DNA of 32,000 nt. Origin: Halorhodospira halophila SL1. Its GTDB lineage: Bacteria > Pseudomonadota > Gammaproteobacteria > Nitrococcales > Halorhodospiraceae. Under the pieces are notes generated by a model. It did not search any database and was not told where the DNA came from. It saw only the letters and a list, made by a program, of their open reading frames with translations. The translations under genes and the position numbers were made by a program. Shown here in pieces: positions 21,883-31,144 of the stretch (within the stretch, counting starts at the first letter, position 1; the number at the start of each line of letters is the position of its first letter). The stretch lies in NCBI RefSeq assembly GCF_000015585.1, contig NC_008789.1, positions 2,520,001 to 2,552,000 of the forward strand. Reading direction: 5' to 3'.

Positions 21883-23151
21883 ATGCTGAAACCTGTCTAC
21901 ACCACCCTGCTCTACGGCCTGGCCCCGCTGATCTGGCTATGGCTGAGGCGCAGCGCCCGCCAGCGCGGCGGCCCGCGCATGCGCCGCGAGCGCCGCGGCC
22001 ATTACGGACTGCCCGAGGTGAACCACCCCCTGTGGCTACACTGCGCCTCGGTGGGGGAGGTCCGCACTGCCGCCCCGCTGATCCACGCCCTCGCCGCGCG
22101 GCGACCGGGGCTGCCCCTGCTGGTCACCACTGCCACCGCCACGGGCGCCGAGACCGCCGCCCGGGTCCTGCCCGCTGGCACCCGGCACGCCTACCTGCCG
22201 CTGGACTGGCCAGGGGCCGTCCGCCGCTTCCTGGACGCCTTCGAGCCGCGCGGCGCCGTGATCCTGGAAACCGAGATCTGGCCCAACCTCTACGCCGCCA
22301 CCGCGCGGCGAGGCATCCCACTGCTGCTGGCCAACGCCCGCCTGTCCGAACGCACCGTCGAAGGCGCCACCCTGGTCCGACGACTGCAGGGCGAGGCCCT
22401 CACCCACGTCGACCTCATCCTGGCGCGCAGCGATCTCGACGCCCGGCGGTTTGCCGGCTTCGGCGTCCCTGCGGAGCGTCTGCACACCCTCGGCAGCCTG
22501 AAACTGGCGCCCCCCATCACCCCGGCCCCCGAGCCGTTCGCCTTCAAGCGCCCGGCGCTCCTGGCGGCCTCGACCCACGACGACGAGGAGATCCGCATCG
22601 CCAACGCCTGGGCCGAGGCGCGCCGGGAACGCGACGTCCCGCAGCTACTGGTCATCGTCCCGCGCCACCCTGAGCGCGGGCCGGCGATTCGCCAGTCGCT
22701 GCAACAGGCCAGCTTCCGTGTGGCGCTGCGCTCGGCGGGCGAAGACTGGCAATGGGCCGATATCTACGTGGCCGACACTCTGGGAGAGCTGGAGTCGTTC
22801 ATGGCCGGGGCGGAGACGGTAATCATCGGCGGCTCGCTGATCCGCCGCGGCGGGCAGAACCTGGTGGAGCCGGCACGGCTCGGTAAGCCGATTCTGTTCG
22901 GTCCGCATATGAGCAACTTCGCCGAGGAGTCGGAGCGGCTCCTCGCTGCCGGCGGCGCACAGCGTTTCTTCGATGAGACCGACCTGCGCCACGCCATCGC
23001 CGAGCTGGCCCGCGACCCGAGAGCCCGCCGGGAGATGGGCGAGCAGGCTGCGGCCACGGTCCAGGCGGCCCAGGACACCGCGGGCCTCTACGCCGACGCC
23101 ATCCTCGCCCACCTCGAGTCACGCCCCGGGGCGGCGCCGACCGAGCGTTAG
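21883..23151 (+). CDS. waaA: 3-deoxy-D-manno-octulosonic acid (Kdo) transferase
   Basis: 422 aa. MLKPVYTTLLYGLAPLIWL..., HCASVGE and ETEIWPNL parallel E. coli WaaA. Begins 4 nt after lpxL. Confidence 0.92.
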   Translation: MLKPVYTTLLYGLAPLIWLWLRRSARQRGGPRMRRERRGHYGLPEVNHPLWLHCASVGEVRTAAPLIHALAARRPGLPLLVTTATATGAETAARVLPAGTRHAYLPLDWPGAVRRFLDAFEPRGAVILETEIWPNLYAATARRGIPLLLANARLSERTVEGATLVRRLQGEALTHVDLILARSDLDARRFAGFGVPAERLHTLGSLKLAPPITPAPEPFAFKRPALLAASTHDDEEIRIANAWAEARRERDVPQLLVIVPRHPERGPAIRQSLQQASFRVALRSAGEDWQWADIYVADTLGELESFMAGAETVIIGGSLIRRGGQNLVEPARLGKPILFGPHMSNFAEESERLLAAGGAQRFFDETDLRHAIAELARDPRARREMGEQAAATVQAAQDTAGLYADAILAHLESRPGAAPTER

Positions 23152-24416
23152 CCCGGCGACTCGACGCGAAACGGCGCGCAGCGCTGCGGGCGGAGCACCC
23201 CGCGAATCCGCGGGTAACAGGGCAGCCCGCGGTCGAACGGCGGATAGTCCTCCCCCTCGATGAGCGGCCGCAGGTAATCGCGACAGGCGGCGGTGATGCC
23301 GTAGCCATCCGGCGAGATGAACGCGGGCGGCAGCCCGCGCTCGATACTCGCCACCGCCTCCAGCGGCACCCGGTCGATGGACCACCGGTAGGGCCGATCC
23401 GAATCCCGGCGGATGACGGGCATGAAGCTGTGCTCGCCGGCCACCACGCCCTCGACGGCGGACCGCCCCACCGCATAGGCCTGCTGCACATCCACCCGCG
23501 AGGCCAGATGCCGGGCCGCCCGCTGGATGTAGTCCACCACCGACCAGTGCAGCTTAAGGCCGGTCTCCTGGCGGATGATCTCGGCCAGCCGCGGCGCCAC
23601 GCCACCTAGCTGGGTGTAGGCGTAGATATCGTGGCTCTGCGCCACGGAGAACAGGGAGCCATCGGGGTTCTTGAGCCCCTCGGAGGCGACCACCACGCAG
23701 TAGCCGTGGGTGCGGACCGCCATCTGGAGCTGGGTGAGAAAATCGCCGAGATCGAAGGGGGTCTCGGGGAACAGGATCAGCATCGGCGGCCGGCCGTCGT
23801 ACTCCTGGGCCAGCGCCGCTGCCGCCGCCAGCCACCCGGCGTGGCGCCCCATGACCTCGAGGATGAAGACCCGCGTCGAGGTGGTGTGGGCCGACTCGAC
23901 GTCCAGGCTCGCCTCACGGACCACCGTGGCGATGAACTTGGCCGCCGATCCAAACCCGGGACTGGTGTCGGTCATGCCCAGGTCGTTGTCGATGGTCTTG
24001 GGCACGCCGACGGCGGTGATCGGGTAGCCGAGTTCGTCGCCGATGCGCGCGACCTTGTGGGCGGTGTCCATGGAGCCACCGCCGCCGTTGTAGAAGAAGT
24101 AGCCAATGTCGTGGGCGTGGAAGACCTCCACCAGGCGCTCGTACTGCGCCCGATCCCGCTTCAAGTCACCGAGGTCGAAACGGCACGACCCGAACGCCCC
24201 CCCGGGGGTATGGCGCAGGGCGGCCAGGGTCAGCGGATCCTCCTCATCGAGATCGAGGATCTCCTCCTCGAGCACCCCGAGGATCCCGTTACGAGCCGCG
24301 TAGCAGGTGCCGAAATGGGCCGGGTGACCCCGCACCGCCTCGATCACCCCCCAGGCGCTGGCGTTGATGACCGCCGTGACGCCACCGGACTGAGCATATA
24401 GTGCGTTCTTTGGCAT
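23148..24416 (-). CDS. 6-phosphofructokinase family enzyme, probably of the PPi-dependent / reversible subgroup
   Basis: 422 aa. PFK family motifs YAQSGGVTAVINAS, NGGGGSMDTA, PKTIDND and EVMGRHAGW. Phosphoryl-donor specificity is not resolved (see findings). Confidence 0.9.
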   Translation of the reverse strand: MPKNALYAQSGGVTAVINASAWGVIEAVRGHPAHFGTCYAARNGILGVLEEEILDLDEEDPLTLAALRHTPGGAFGSCRFDLGDLKRDRAQYERLVEVFHAHDIGYFFYNGGGGSMDTAHKVARIGDELGYPITAVGVPKTIDNDLGMTDTSPGFGSAAKFIATVVREASLDVESAHTTSTRVFILEVMGRHAGWLAAAAALAQEYDGRPPMLILFPETPFDLGDFLTQLQMAVRTHGYCVVVASEGLKNPDGSLFSVAQSHDIYAYTQLGGVAPRLAEIIRQETGLKLHWSVVDYIQRAARHLASRVDVQQAYAVGRSAVEGVVAGEHSFMPVIRRDSDRPYRWSIDRVPLEAVASIERGLPPAFISPDGYGITAACRDYLRPLIEGEDYPPFDRGLPCYPRIRGVLRPQRCAPFRVESPG

Positions 24417-24484
24417 GCGATCAGACTTGTGTGTTGACGCTCATGGGCTTGCGCACCAATGTACCGAAGGAATGCACCGAACGC

Positions 24485-24511
24485 TTGCCGCCGCCGGGCA
24501 ATGGGCGGCGG
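24485..24511. promoter_or_regulatory. GC palindrome / stem-loop in the shared pfk-fbp control region
   Basis: ccgccgcc (24488-24495) pairs with ggcggcgg (24504-24511), with an 8-nt loop. A mutually exclusive 5-bp alternative is ttgcc (24485-24489) with ggcaa (24497-24501). Lies 57 nt upstream of the fbp ATG. Confidence 0.35.
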
Positions 24512-24567
24512 ATTTCCTCGGTCGATATTAAAGAAGTCATGAAAACCGCACGCCAGGGGAGAAAACC

Positions 24568-25584
24568 ATGCACATCGGAACGACTCTGACCAACTACATC
24601 ATCGAGACGCAACGCAACCTGCCTGAGGCCACCGGCGAGTTCACCGGCCTGCTCAACGATATCTCGGTGGCCTGCAAGCGCATCGCCGACCTGGTCAACA
24701 AGGGCGACCTGGTGGGCATGCTCGGCTCGGCCGACTCGGAGAACGTCCAGGGCGAGACCCAGAAGAAGCTCGACGTGGTGACCAACGAGGTCTTCATCGA
24801 GGCCCTGACCCAGAACGGCCATATCGCCGGCCTGGTTTCCGAGGAGATGGACGACATCTATACCCTGCCCAACCCGTCCCAGCGCGGCCGCTACCTGCTG
24901 CTCTGCGACCCGCTCGACGGCTCCTCGAACATCGACGTCAACGTCTCCGTGGGCACGATCTTCTCCATCGTCCGCGCGCCGCAGGGCAGCGAGAACCCCT
25001 CGGCCGGGGACTTCCTCCAGCACGGCACGGAGCAGGTGGCGGCCGGCTACTGCCTCTACGGCCCATCCACCATCCTGGTGCTCGCTGTCAAAGGCCAGGG
25101 CGTCCAGATGTTCACGCTCAACCGCGATTTCGGCGAGTTCATCCTCACCCGCAAGGACGTGCAGATCCCGGAAGATACCCAGGAATTCGCCATCAACGTC
25201 TCCAACCAGCGCCACTGGGAGGAGCCGGTCCAGCGCTACATCGACGAGTGCCTCCAGGGCAAGGAGGGGCCGCGGGGCCAAGACTTCAACATGCGCTGGG
25301 TGGCCTCGATGGTCGCCGAGGTGCACCGCATCCTCTGCCGGGGCGGCGTCTTCATGTACCCGCTCGACGCCAAGATCAAGGCCAAGGGGCAAAACGGCCG
25401 GCTGCGCCTGATGTACGAGGCCAATCCCATGAGCCTCATCGTCGAGCAGGCCGGCGGCGGCGCGACCACCGGCCGGCAGCGGATCCTTGAGCTCGATCCG
25501 AGCGACATCCACGAGCGGGCGCCGGTGGTCCTCGGCTCCAGGAACGAGGTCGAGCGGATCGCCCGCTACCATCAGGAGGGCTGA
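24568..25584 (+). CDS. fbp: class 1 fructose-1,6-bisphosphatase
   Basis: 338 aa. SD GGAGA at about 24557-24562. [14 protein letters not shown] and [10 protein letters not shown] motifs. Full-length FBPase class 1. Confidence 0.95.
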   Translation: MHIGTTLTNYIIETQRNLPEATGEFTGLLNDISVACKRIADLVNKGDLVGMLGSADSENVQGETQKKLDVVTNEVFIEALTQNGHIAGLVSEEMDDIYTLPNPSQRGRYLLLCDPLDGSSNIDVNVSVGTIFSIVRAPQGSENPSAGDFLQHGTEQVAAGYCLYGPSTILVLAVKGQGVQMFTLNRDFGEFILTRKDVQIPEDTQEFAINVSNQRHWEEPVQRYIDECLQGKEGPRGQDFNMRWVASMVAEVHRILCRGGVFMYPLDAKIKAKGQNGRLRLMYEANPMSLIVEQAGGGATTGRQRILELDPSDIHERAPVVLGSRNEVERIARYHQEG

Positions 25585-25609
25585 GGCGCTCGGGACTCGG
25601 ACGACCCCG

Positions 25610-25630
25610 CACCCCGCCGGGCGCGGGGTG
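25610..25630. terminator. stem-loop between convergent fbp and hemF (possible bidirectional terminator)
   Basis: caccccgc (25610-25617) pairs with gcggggtg (25623-25630), with a 5-nt loop. It sits in the 47-nt convergent gap and abuts the hemF stop. Confidence 0.5.
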
Positions 25631-25631
25631 T

Positions 25632-26552
25632 TCAGACCCAGTCGCGGGGGATGAGATACACCTCGGTCAGGCGGGCCTCCGGGCTGCCGGGCTCGGGCTG
25701 GTAGCCGTACTCCCAGCGCACCCGGGGTGGCAGCGACATCAGGATTGATTCGGTCCGCCCCTCCGACTGGATGCCGAACCGGGTCCCGCGATCCTGCAGG
25801 AGGTTGAACTCCACATACCGGCCGCGCCGGTAGAGCTGGAACTCCCGCTCGCGGTCGCCGTAGGCGTGATCCCGGCGAGACTCGATGATGGGGCCGTAGG
25901 CATCGAGGAAGGCCCGCCCCACCCTCTGGACGAACCGGAAGGTCGTCTCGAACCCCCAGTCGTTGAGATCGTCGAAGAACAGCCCGCCGATGCCGCGTTG
26001 CTCATCGCGGTGGGGCAGGCGGAAGTAGTCGTCACACCAGCGTTTAAACACCGGATAGACCGTCTCTCCGAACGGCGCGCAGGCCGCCCGGGCACAGCGA
26101 TGGAAATGGTAACAATCGTCGTCGAAGGGGTAGCAAGGGGTCAGATCGAACCCGCCGCCGAACCACCACTGGGCGCCGCGACCCGGCTCACCGGCCACAA
26201 ACAACCGCAGGTTGGCGTGGGTGATCGGAACGTACGGGTTCCACGGGTGCAGCACCAGGGACACGCCCACCGCCTCGAAGGGCTGCCCGGCCAGCTCGGC
26301 CCGCCGCTCGGTGGCCGCCTCGGGCAGCGCCTCACCACGGACGTGGGAGAAGTTCACACCGCCCTGCTCGATCACCCGACCACCTTGAAGTACACGGCTC
26401 TCGCCGCCGCCCCCGCCAGGACGGTCCCAGCGATCCGCCTGGAAGGCACCGCCACCGTCCCAACCTTCAACGAACCGGCAGACACGCTCCTGCCAGGTCA
26501 ACAGCCAGTCGTGGACGCGCTGGATCCCGTCGACCGGCATCGCATCCGTCAT
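25632..26552 (-). CDS. hemF: oxygen-dependent coproporphyrinogen III oxidase
   Basis: Start at ATG 26552 (MTDAMPVDG...), forming an ATGA overlap with the rsmB stop. 306 aa. [23 protein letters not shown] and the C-terminal ..YLIPRDW are typical HemF. The track ORF to 26882 is an extension antisense-free but inside rsmB. Confidence 0.92.
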   Translation of the reverse strand: MTDAMPVDGIQRVHDWLLTWQERVCRFVEGWDGGGAFQADRWDRPGGGGGESRVLQGGRVIEQGGVNFSHVRGEALPEAATERRAELAGQPFEAVGVSLVLHPWNPYVPITHANLRLFVAGEPGRGAQWWFGGGFDLTPCYPFDDDCYHFHRCARAACAPFGETVYPVFKRWCDDYFRLPHRDEQRGIGGLFFDDLNDWGFETTFRFVQRVGRAFLDAYGPIIESRRDHAYGDREREFQLYRRGRYVEFNLLQDRGTRFGIQSEGRTESILMSLPPRVRWEYGYQPEPGSPEARLTEVYLIPRDWV

Positions 26553-27838
26553 GCGGCACTCCGCTCGAGGCAGGCGTAGAAGAACCCATCCATCCCGTGC
26601 TCGCCGGGCAGGATCTGGCACCCGGACCCGGTGCAGCGGCCCACCGGCGCCAACGGCCCCGGTTTGGCATCGGCGTGCTCGGCCAGGAAACCGGCCACCA
26701 CCTGCTCGTTCTCCTCGGGGAAGATCGAGCAGGTGGCGTAGAGCAACCGCCCGCCCGGCGCCAGCACGCGCCACAGGGCGGCGAGCAGGTGGCGCTGCGC
26801 CGCCGCCATGCGCGCCGGGTCGTCGACCCCGCGCAGCCACTTGATATCGGGGTGTCGGCGGATCACGCCGCTGCCCGTGCACGGGGCGTCGAGGAGGATG
26901 CGCTGAAACGGTTCACCGTCCCACCACGCTTCGGGGTCGGCGGCATCGGCGGCCAGGCATTGGGCCTCGTAGCCGCCACGCGCGAGGTTATCGCGTACCT
27001 GGCGCAGCCGGCGTGACGAACGGTCGAGGGCGGTCACCGCCGCCGTCGGCGTGTGCTCGAGCAGGTGCAGGGTCTTACCACCCGGTGCGGCACAGGCATC
27101 GAGCACCCGGTCGCCGGGTTGCGGGTCGAGAAGCGGGGCGGCGAGCTGCGCGGCCTCATCCTGCACCGACAACCACCCCTCGGCGAAGCCGGGCAGGCGG
27201 GCCACGGGTACCGGGGCATGGAGGGTCGCGGCGCTCGGCGCGACCTCGCCGGGGTGCGCCGGGATCTCCTGCTCGGCCAGCGATTGCAGGCACGCCTCGC
27301 GGGAGATGCGGTTCCGGTCGAAGCGCAGGGTCATTGGCGGGTGAGCGTTCCCGGCCTCGGCCACCGCCGGCCAATCCTCCGGCCAGGCGCGGCGTAGATG
27401 GTCCAGCAGCCACGGCGGCAGGGCGTAGCGGGCGGCTTCGTCTGCCGGCCCGGGTGGGGTGGCCTTGTGCAGCTTGCGCAGCACCGCGTTCACCATGCCG
27501 GCCGCGCGCGCCCGACGCAGCCGTCGGGCCGCATCGACGGCCTCGGAGACCGCCGCATGGGCTGGGGTGGCAAGCCCCTGGGCCTCCCAGGCCCCGATCA
27601 CCAGCAGACCACGTAGCAGCGGATCGGCGCGCCAGTCGTCGCGCGGGGTCAGGGTCGCCACCTGGGCCTCGAGCCGGGTCAGCCAGCGCAGCGCGCCGTA
27701 GACCAGGGCCTGAAGCAACGACCGATTGCGCTCGGATACCCGGGAAAACTGGGCCTCCAGGGCCTCATCCAGGGTCTCGCCGCGCTCCAGCACCCGTTCA
27801 AGGACGTGCACCGCGGCGACCCGCGGGGGGGTACTCAC
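26549..27838 (-). CDS. rsmB: 16S rRNA (cytosine967-C5)-methyltransferase
   Basis: 429 aa. NusB-like N-domain, then the MTase domain with [18 protein letters not shown] and [12 protein letters not shown]. 4-nt overlap with the fmt stop. Confidence 0.92.
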   Translation of the reverse strand: MSTPPRVAAVHVLERVLERGETLDEALEAQFSRVSERNRSLLQALVYGALRWLTRLEAQVATLTPRDDWRADPLLRGLLVIGAWEAQGLATPAHAAVSEAVDAARRLRRARAAGMVNAVLRKLHKATPPGPADEAARYALPPWLLDHLRRAWPEDWPAVAEAGNAHPPMTLRFDRNRISREACLQSLAEQEIPAHPGEVAPSAATLHAPVPVARLPGFAEGWLSVQDEAAQLAAPLLDPQPGDRVLDACAAPGGKTLHLLEHTPTAAVTALDRSSRRLRQVRDNLARGGYEAQCLAADAADPEAWWDGEPFQRILLDAPCTGSGVIRRHPDIKWLRGVDDPARMAAAQRHLLAALWRVLAPGGRLLYATCSIFPEENEQVVAGFLAEHADAKPGPLAPVGRCTGSGCQILPGEHGMDGFFYACLERSAA

Positions 27839-28767
27839 TGAACCGGCTCTCCCGGCACCAGGCGGCGCCCGTTGAGGTAATCGGCAGCCGTCTGTTCCCG
27901 CCCACCGGCGGGCTTCAGCCGGGTGATCTCAAGACGCCCCTCGCCGGTAGCGACCTCGATGCCGCCACTGCCCACCGCCGCCACGGTTCCGGCCCGATCC
28001 TCGGGCCGCCCCGCACAGGCCCGTGCCGCCAGTACCCGCACCGGCGTCTCGCCCAGCTGGAGCCGCGCTCCGGGGACCGGGGCCAGGGCGCGCACGCGCC
28101 GCTCCAGTTGCTCCGCGGGCTCGGTGGGATCGAGCCAGCTCTCGTCGTTGGTCAGCTTGGCGGCGTAGGTCACGCCGTCGTCCGGCTGAGGCTCCGGGGT
28201 GATGGCCCCGGCCAGAATCTCGGGCAGGTGGGCGACCAGCAGGTCGGCGCCGATGCGCGCCAGGCGGTCGTGGAGCGACCCGGCGGTTTCGTCGGCACTG
28301 ATCGGGGTCGCCTTGCGGGCAAGCATGGGCCCGGTATCCAGTCCCTCGTCCATCTGCATGAGGGTTACACCGGTCTGCTCGTCCCCGGCCAGCAGGGCGC
28401 GCTGGATCGGCGCCGCGCCCCGCCAGCGCGGCAGCAGCGAGGCGTGGACATTCACGCAGCCAAAGCGCGGTACGTCCAGCACATTGCGCCGCAGGATCTG
28501 GCCGTAGGCCACCACCACCATCAGATCGGGCGCCAGCGCGCGGATCTGCTCCGCCTCTTCGGCCCCCAGGCGCTCGGGCTGGTGAACGCCCAGCCCGTGG
28601 CGCTCGGCGGCCCGCTTGACCGGCGGCGGGGTCAGCCTCCGCCCTCGCCCGGCGGGCCGGTCGGGCTGGGTGAAGACCGCCACGGGCCTCACCCCGGCCT
28701 CGACCAGGGCATCGAGGCCGGGCACCGCAAAATCCGGGGTTCCGGCAAAGACGATCCGTGCCGCCAT
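27835..28767 (-). CDS. fmt: methionyl-tRNA formyltransferase
   Basis: 310 aa. IVFAGTPDFAVP and HASLLPRWRGAAPIQ motifs. The ATG overlaps the def stop by 1 nt. Confidence 0.95.
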   Translation of the reverse strand: MAARIVFAGTPDFAVPGLDALVEAGVRPVAVFTQPDRPAGRGRRLTPPPVKRAAERHGLGVHQPERLGAEEAEQIRALAPDLMVVVAYGQILRRNVLDVPRFGCVNVHASLLPRWRGAAPIQRALLAGDEQTGVTLMQMDEGLDTGPMLARKATPISADETAGSLHDRLARIGADLLVAHLPEILAGAITPEPQPDDGVTYAAKLTNDESWLDPTEPAEQLERRVRALAPVPGARLQLGETPVRVLAARACAGRPEDRAGTVAAVGSGGIEVATGEGRLEITRLKPAGGREQTAADYLNGRRLVPGEPVQ

Positions 28768-29276
28768 CAGCCCGCCGCGCTGAGCCGCTCGCGTTTCTCC
28801 ATGCGCTTGCGCACCCGCTTGCGCTTGAGCTCGGAGAGGTAGTCGATGAACAGTCGACCGTCCAGATGGTCGATCTCGTGCTGCAGGCAGACGGCCAGCG
28901 TCCCCTCGGCCTCGCCCTCGATGGGCTGGGCGTCGCGGTCCAGCGCGCGGTAGCGCACCCGGGTGGCCCGTGCCACATCGTCGTAGTAGCCCGGGATGGA
29001 CAGGCAGCCTTCCTCGCCGCTGGCCTCGCCGGTGGCCTCGAGGATCTCCGGATTGATCAGCACCAGCGGCTCGTCACGCTCCTCGGACACATCGATCACC
29101 GCCACCCGCCGGCGGTCGCCCACCTGCGTGGCGGCCAGACCGATGCCGCGGGCCTCGTACATGGTCTCAAGCATGTCGTCCACCAGGCGGCGGACGGCGT
29201 CGTCCACCTCGGCGACGGGCTCGGCCCGCTCACGGAGGCGGGGATCGGGATAGACAAGGATATCGAGGAGGGCCAT
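28767..29276 (-). CDS. def: peptide deformylase
   Basis: Start at ATG 29276 ([15 protein letters not shown]). 169 aa. [16 protein letters not shown] and QHEIDHL metal motifs. The track ORF to 29714 is a spurious upstream extension. Confidence 0.95.
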   Translation of the reverse strand: MALLDILVYPDPRLRERAEPVAEVDDAVRRLVDDMLETMYEARGIGLAATQVGDRRRVAVIDVSEERDEPLVLINPEILEATGEASGEEGCLSIPGYYDDVARATRVRYRALDRDAQPIEGEAEGTLAVCLQHEIDHLDGRLFIDYLSELKRKRVRKRMEKRERLSAAG

Positions 29277-29462
29277 GACCGATGCTGTGCCTGTTGTTAA
29301 ATGACGGGTCGATTGTAACGCACCGCGCAGCCGAGGGCAGCCATAATCTGGAATGCTTATACAGAGCATCCAGACCGCCCCCGCTCCAACGGCACACCCT
29401 TGCGCCCGGCCCTCACCGCCCGGCACGGTATCGGTTCCTTCACCAAGGACGGTGAGCACGAC

Positions 29463-30566
29463 ATGGACGACGACACCCTCTACGCCCTGGCCCTGGCACG
29501 GGTGCCGGGCGTGGGGCCACGCACCTGGTCCCGGCTGATGGCGGCCTTTGGCGGGCCGGCGGCGGTCTTCCGGGCCGGGCGCAGCGCCCTGCGCAGCCTC
29601 GGCCTCAGCGCCGCCACCGAGAGCGGAATCCTCGCCCCGGACTGGAATGCCGCCCGGACCGATGCCGACTGGCTGGATGGCCCCGGGCCGCGGCACCTGC
29701 TGCGCCTGGCGCAACCCGGGTATCCGCGCCGCCTGGCCGAGATCCCCGACCCGCCGCCGCTGCTGTTCGTGACCGGCGATCCGACCACCCTACACCGGCC
29801 GCAGGTAGCCATTGTCGGCAGCCGCCACGCCACCGCCAGCGGCCGGGATCTGGCCCGCAACCTGGCAGGCGGCCTGGCACGCGCCGGCATCGCCACCACC
29901 AGCGGTCTGGCAACCGGCATCGATGCGGCCGCCCACCGTGGCGCGCTGGAGGCCGGCGGCACCACGCTGGCCGTTGTCGGCACCGAGCCGGACCAGGTCT
30001 ACCCCGCCCGGCACCAGCGCCTGCACGCCGAGATCACCGCCTCCGGGGCGGTGCTCGGTGAGCTGCCCCCGGGCAGCGGCCCCCTGGCCGCCCACTTCCC
30101 ACGGCGCAACCGCATCGTCAGCGGTCTGTCGCTGGGGGTCGTGGTCATCCAGGCCGGTCGCCACAGCGGCTCGCTGATCACCGCCCGGCTCGCTGCCGAG
30201 CAGGGCCGCGAGGTCTTCGCCGTACCCGGGTCGATCCACGACCCCCTGGCCCGCGGGTGCCACGCACTTCTGCGCGACGGCGCCAAGCTGTTAGAATCGA
30301 TCGACGATATCCTGAAAGAGTTCCCGGGGACGGTCTGTGAAGCGCCCGTCAACGCCCCCTCGGAGTCGACCAGTCCAGCCGCGGATCCGGACGAGGCGCG
30401 TATCCTCGAAGCCCTCGGCCACGATCCGCTCACCCTCGACACCCTCCAGCAGCGGTCTGGATTGACGCTCGATAGGCTTTCATCCATTCTGCTAACCATG
30501 GAGCTGAAGGGCCTGTTGACTGCGGTACCCGGGGGCCGGTACCAGCGGCGCGGGCCAGAGGGCTGA
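29463..30566 (+). CDS. dprA: DNA-processing protein DprA (Smf)
   Basis: Start at ATG 29463 ([21 protein letters not shown]). 367 aa. Rossmann-like core VGSRHAT...[12 protein letters not shown]. Divergent from def as in many proteobacteria. Confidence 0.9.
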   Translation: MDDDTLYALALARVPGVGPRTWSRLMAAFGGPAAVFRAGRSALRSLGLSAATESGILAPDWNAARTDADWLDGPGPRHLLRLAQPGYPRRLAEIPDPPPLLFVTGDPTTLHRPQVAIVGSRHATASGRDLARNLAGGLARAGIATTSGLATGIDAAAHRGALEAGGTTLAVVGTEPDQVYPARHQRLHAEITASGAVLGELPPGSGPLAAHFPRRNRIVSGLSLGVVVIQAGRHSGSLITARLAAEQGREVFAVPGSIHDPLARGCHALLRDGAKLLESIDDILKEFPGTVCEAPVNAPSESTSPAADPDEARILEALGHDPLTLDTLQQRSGLTLDRLSSILLTMELKGLLTAVPGGRYQRRGPEG

Positions 30567-31039
30567 TGATGAAGCAGAACGTTTTCGAAGTGCTGATGTA
30601 CCTGTTCGAGAACTACCTTTACAACGACGAGGAACCCGGCGATCGGGACTCGCTCGAGAGCGAACTCCACGAGGCCGGGTTCAGCGCGATGGAGATCCGC
30701 AAGGCCTTCGAGTGGCTCGATGCCCTCGCGGACTCCCGGGTGCTGCCGGCTGCACCGTCGGGCAAGTCGTCCATCCGGCTGTTCGGCGAGCCCGAGCTGG
30801 CACGCCTGGACACCGAGACCCGCGGGTTTATCCTCTACCTGGAGCAGGTGGGGATCCTCACGGCCGAGAGCCGTGAGCTGGTGCTCGACCGCATCCTGGC
30901 GCTGGACGACCACGAGGTGGACCTCGACACGGTCAAGTGGGTCATCCTGATGGTCCTGTTCAACCGCCCCGGCGAGGAAGAGGCGTACAACTGGATGGAG
31001 AACCTCATGTTCGACGTCCCGACGCACCTCGTCCACTGA
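30566..31039 (+). CDS. smg: Smg protein (DUF494)
   Basis: 157 aa. [18 protein letters not shown] is the typical Smg N-terminus. The ATG overlaps the dprA stop by 1 nt. Conserved dprA-smg-topA order. Confidence 0.9.
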   Translation: MMKQNVFEVLMYLFENYLYNDEEPGDRDSLESELHEAGFSAMEIRKAFEWLDALADSRVLPAAPSGKSSIRLFGEPELARLDTETRGFILYLEQVGILTAESRELVLDRILALDDHEVDLDTVKWVILMVLFNRPGEEEAYNWMENLMFDVPTHLVH

Positions 31040-31047
31040 CGACGGGT

Positions 31048-31079
31048 GGCCGCCGCGCCCCGGCGCGGCGGCCGGTTTT
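31048..31079 (+). terminator. intrinsic terminator after smg
   Basis: ggccgccgcgcc (31048-31059) pairs with ggcgcggcggcc (31062-31073), followed by GGTTTTA. Lies 9 nt after the smg stop and 66 nt before the topA ATG. Confidence 0.7.
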
Positions 31080-31144
31080 ACGGCCCGGCGCCGCCCTCCG
31101 GACGCCACCCGACCTCCCGCCCCTACATACGCGAACGGCTCTTC

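Noticed and set aside
24434-24462. TTGACG-17-CAATGT as an fbp promoter
   Set aside because: The -35 is good but the -10 matches only 2 of 6 consensus positions. The AT-rich tcgatattaaag (about 24521-24532) could equally supply a -10 for either strand. This is not supportable without transcription start data.
27013-28842. 609-aa plus-strand ORF (and the 349-aa minus-strand alternative-frame ORF 27929-28978) over rsmB/fmt
   Set aside because: These are antisense or out of frame relative to rsmB and fmt. The Arg/Pro/Ala/Gly-rich translation is typical of wrong-frame reading of high-GC coding DNA.
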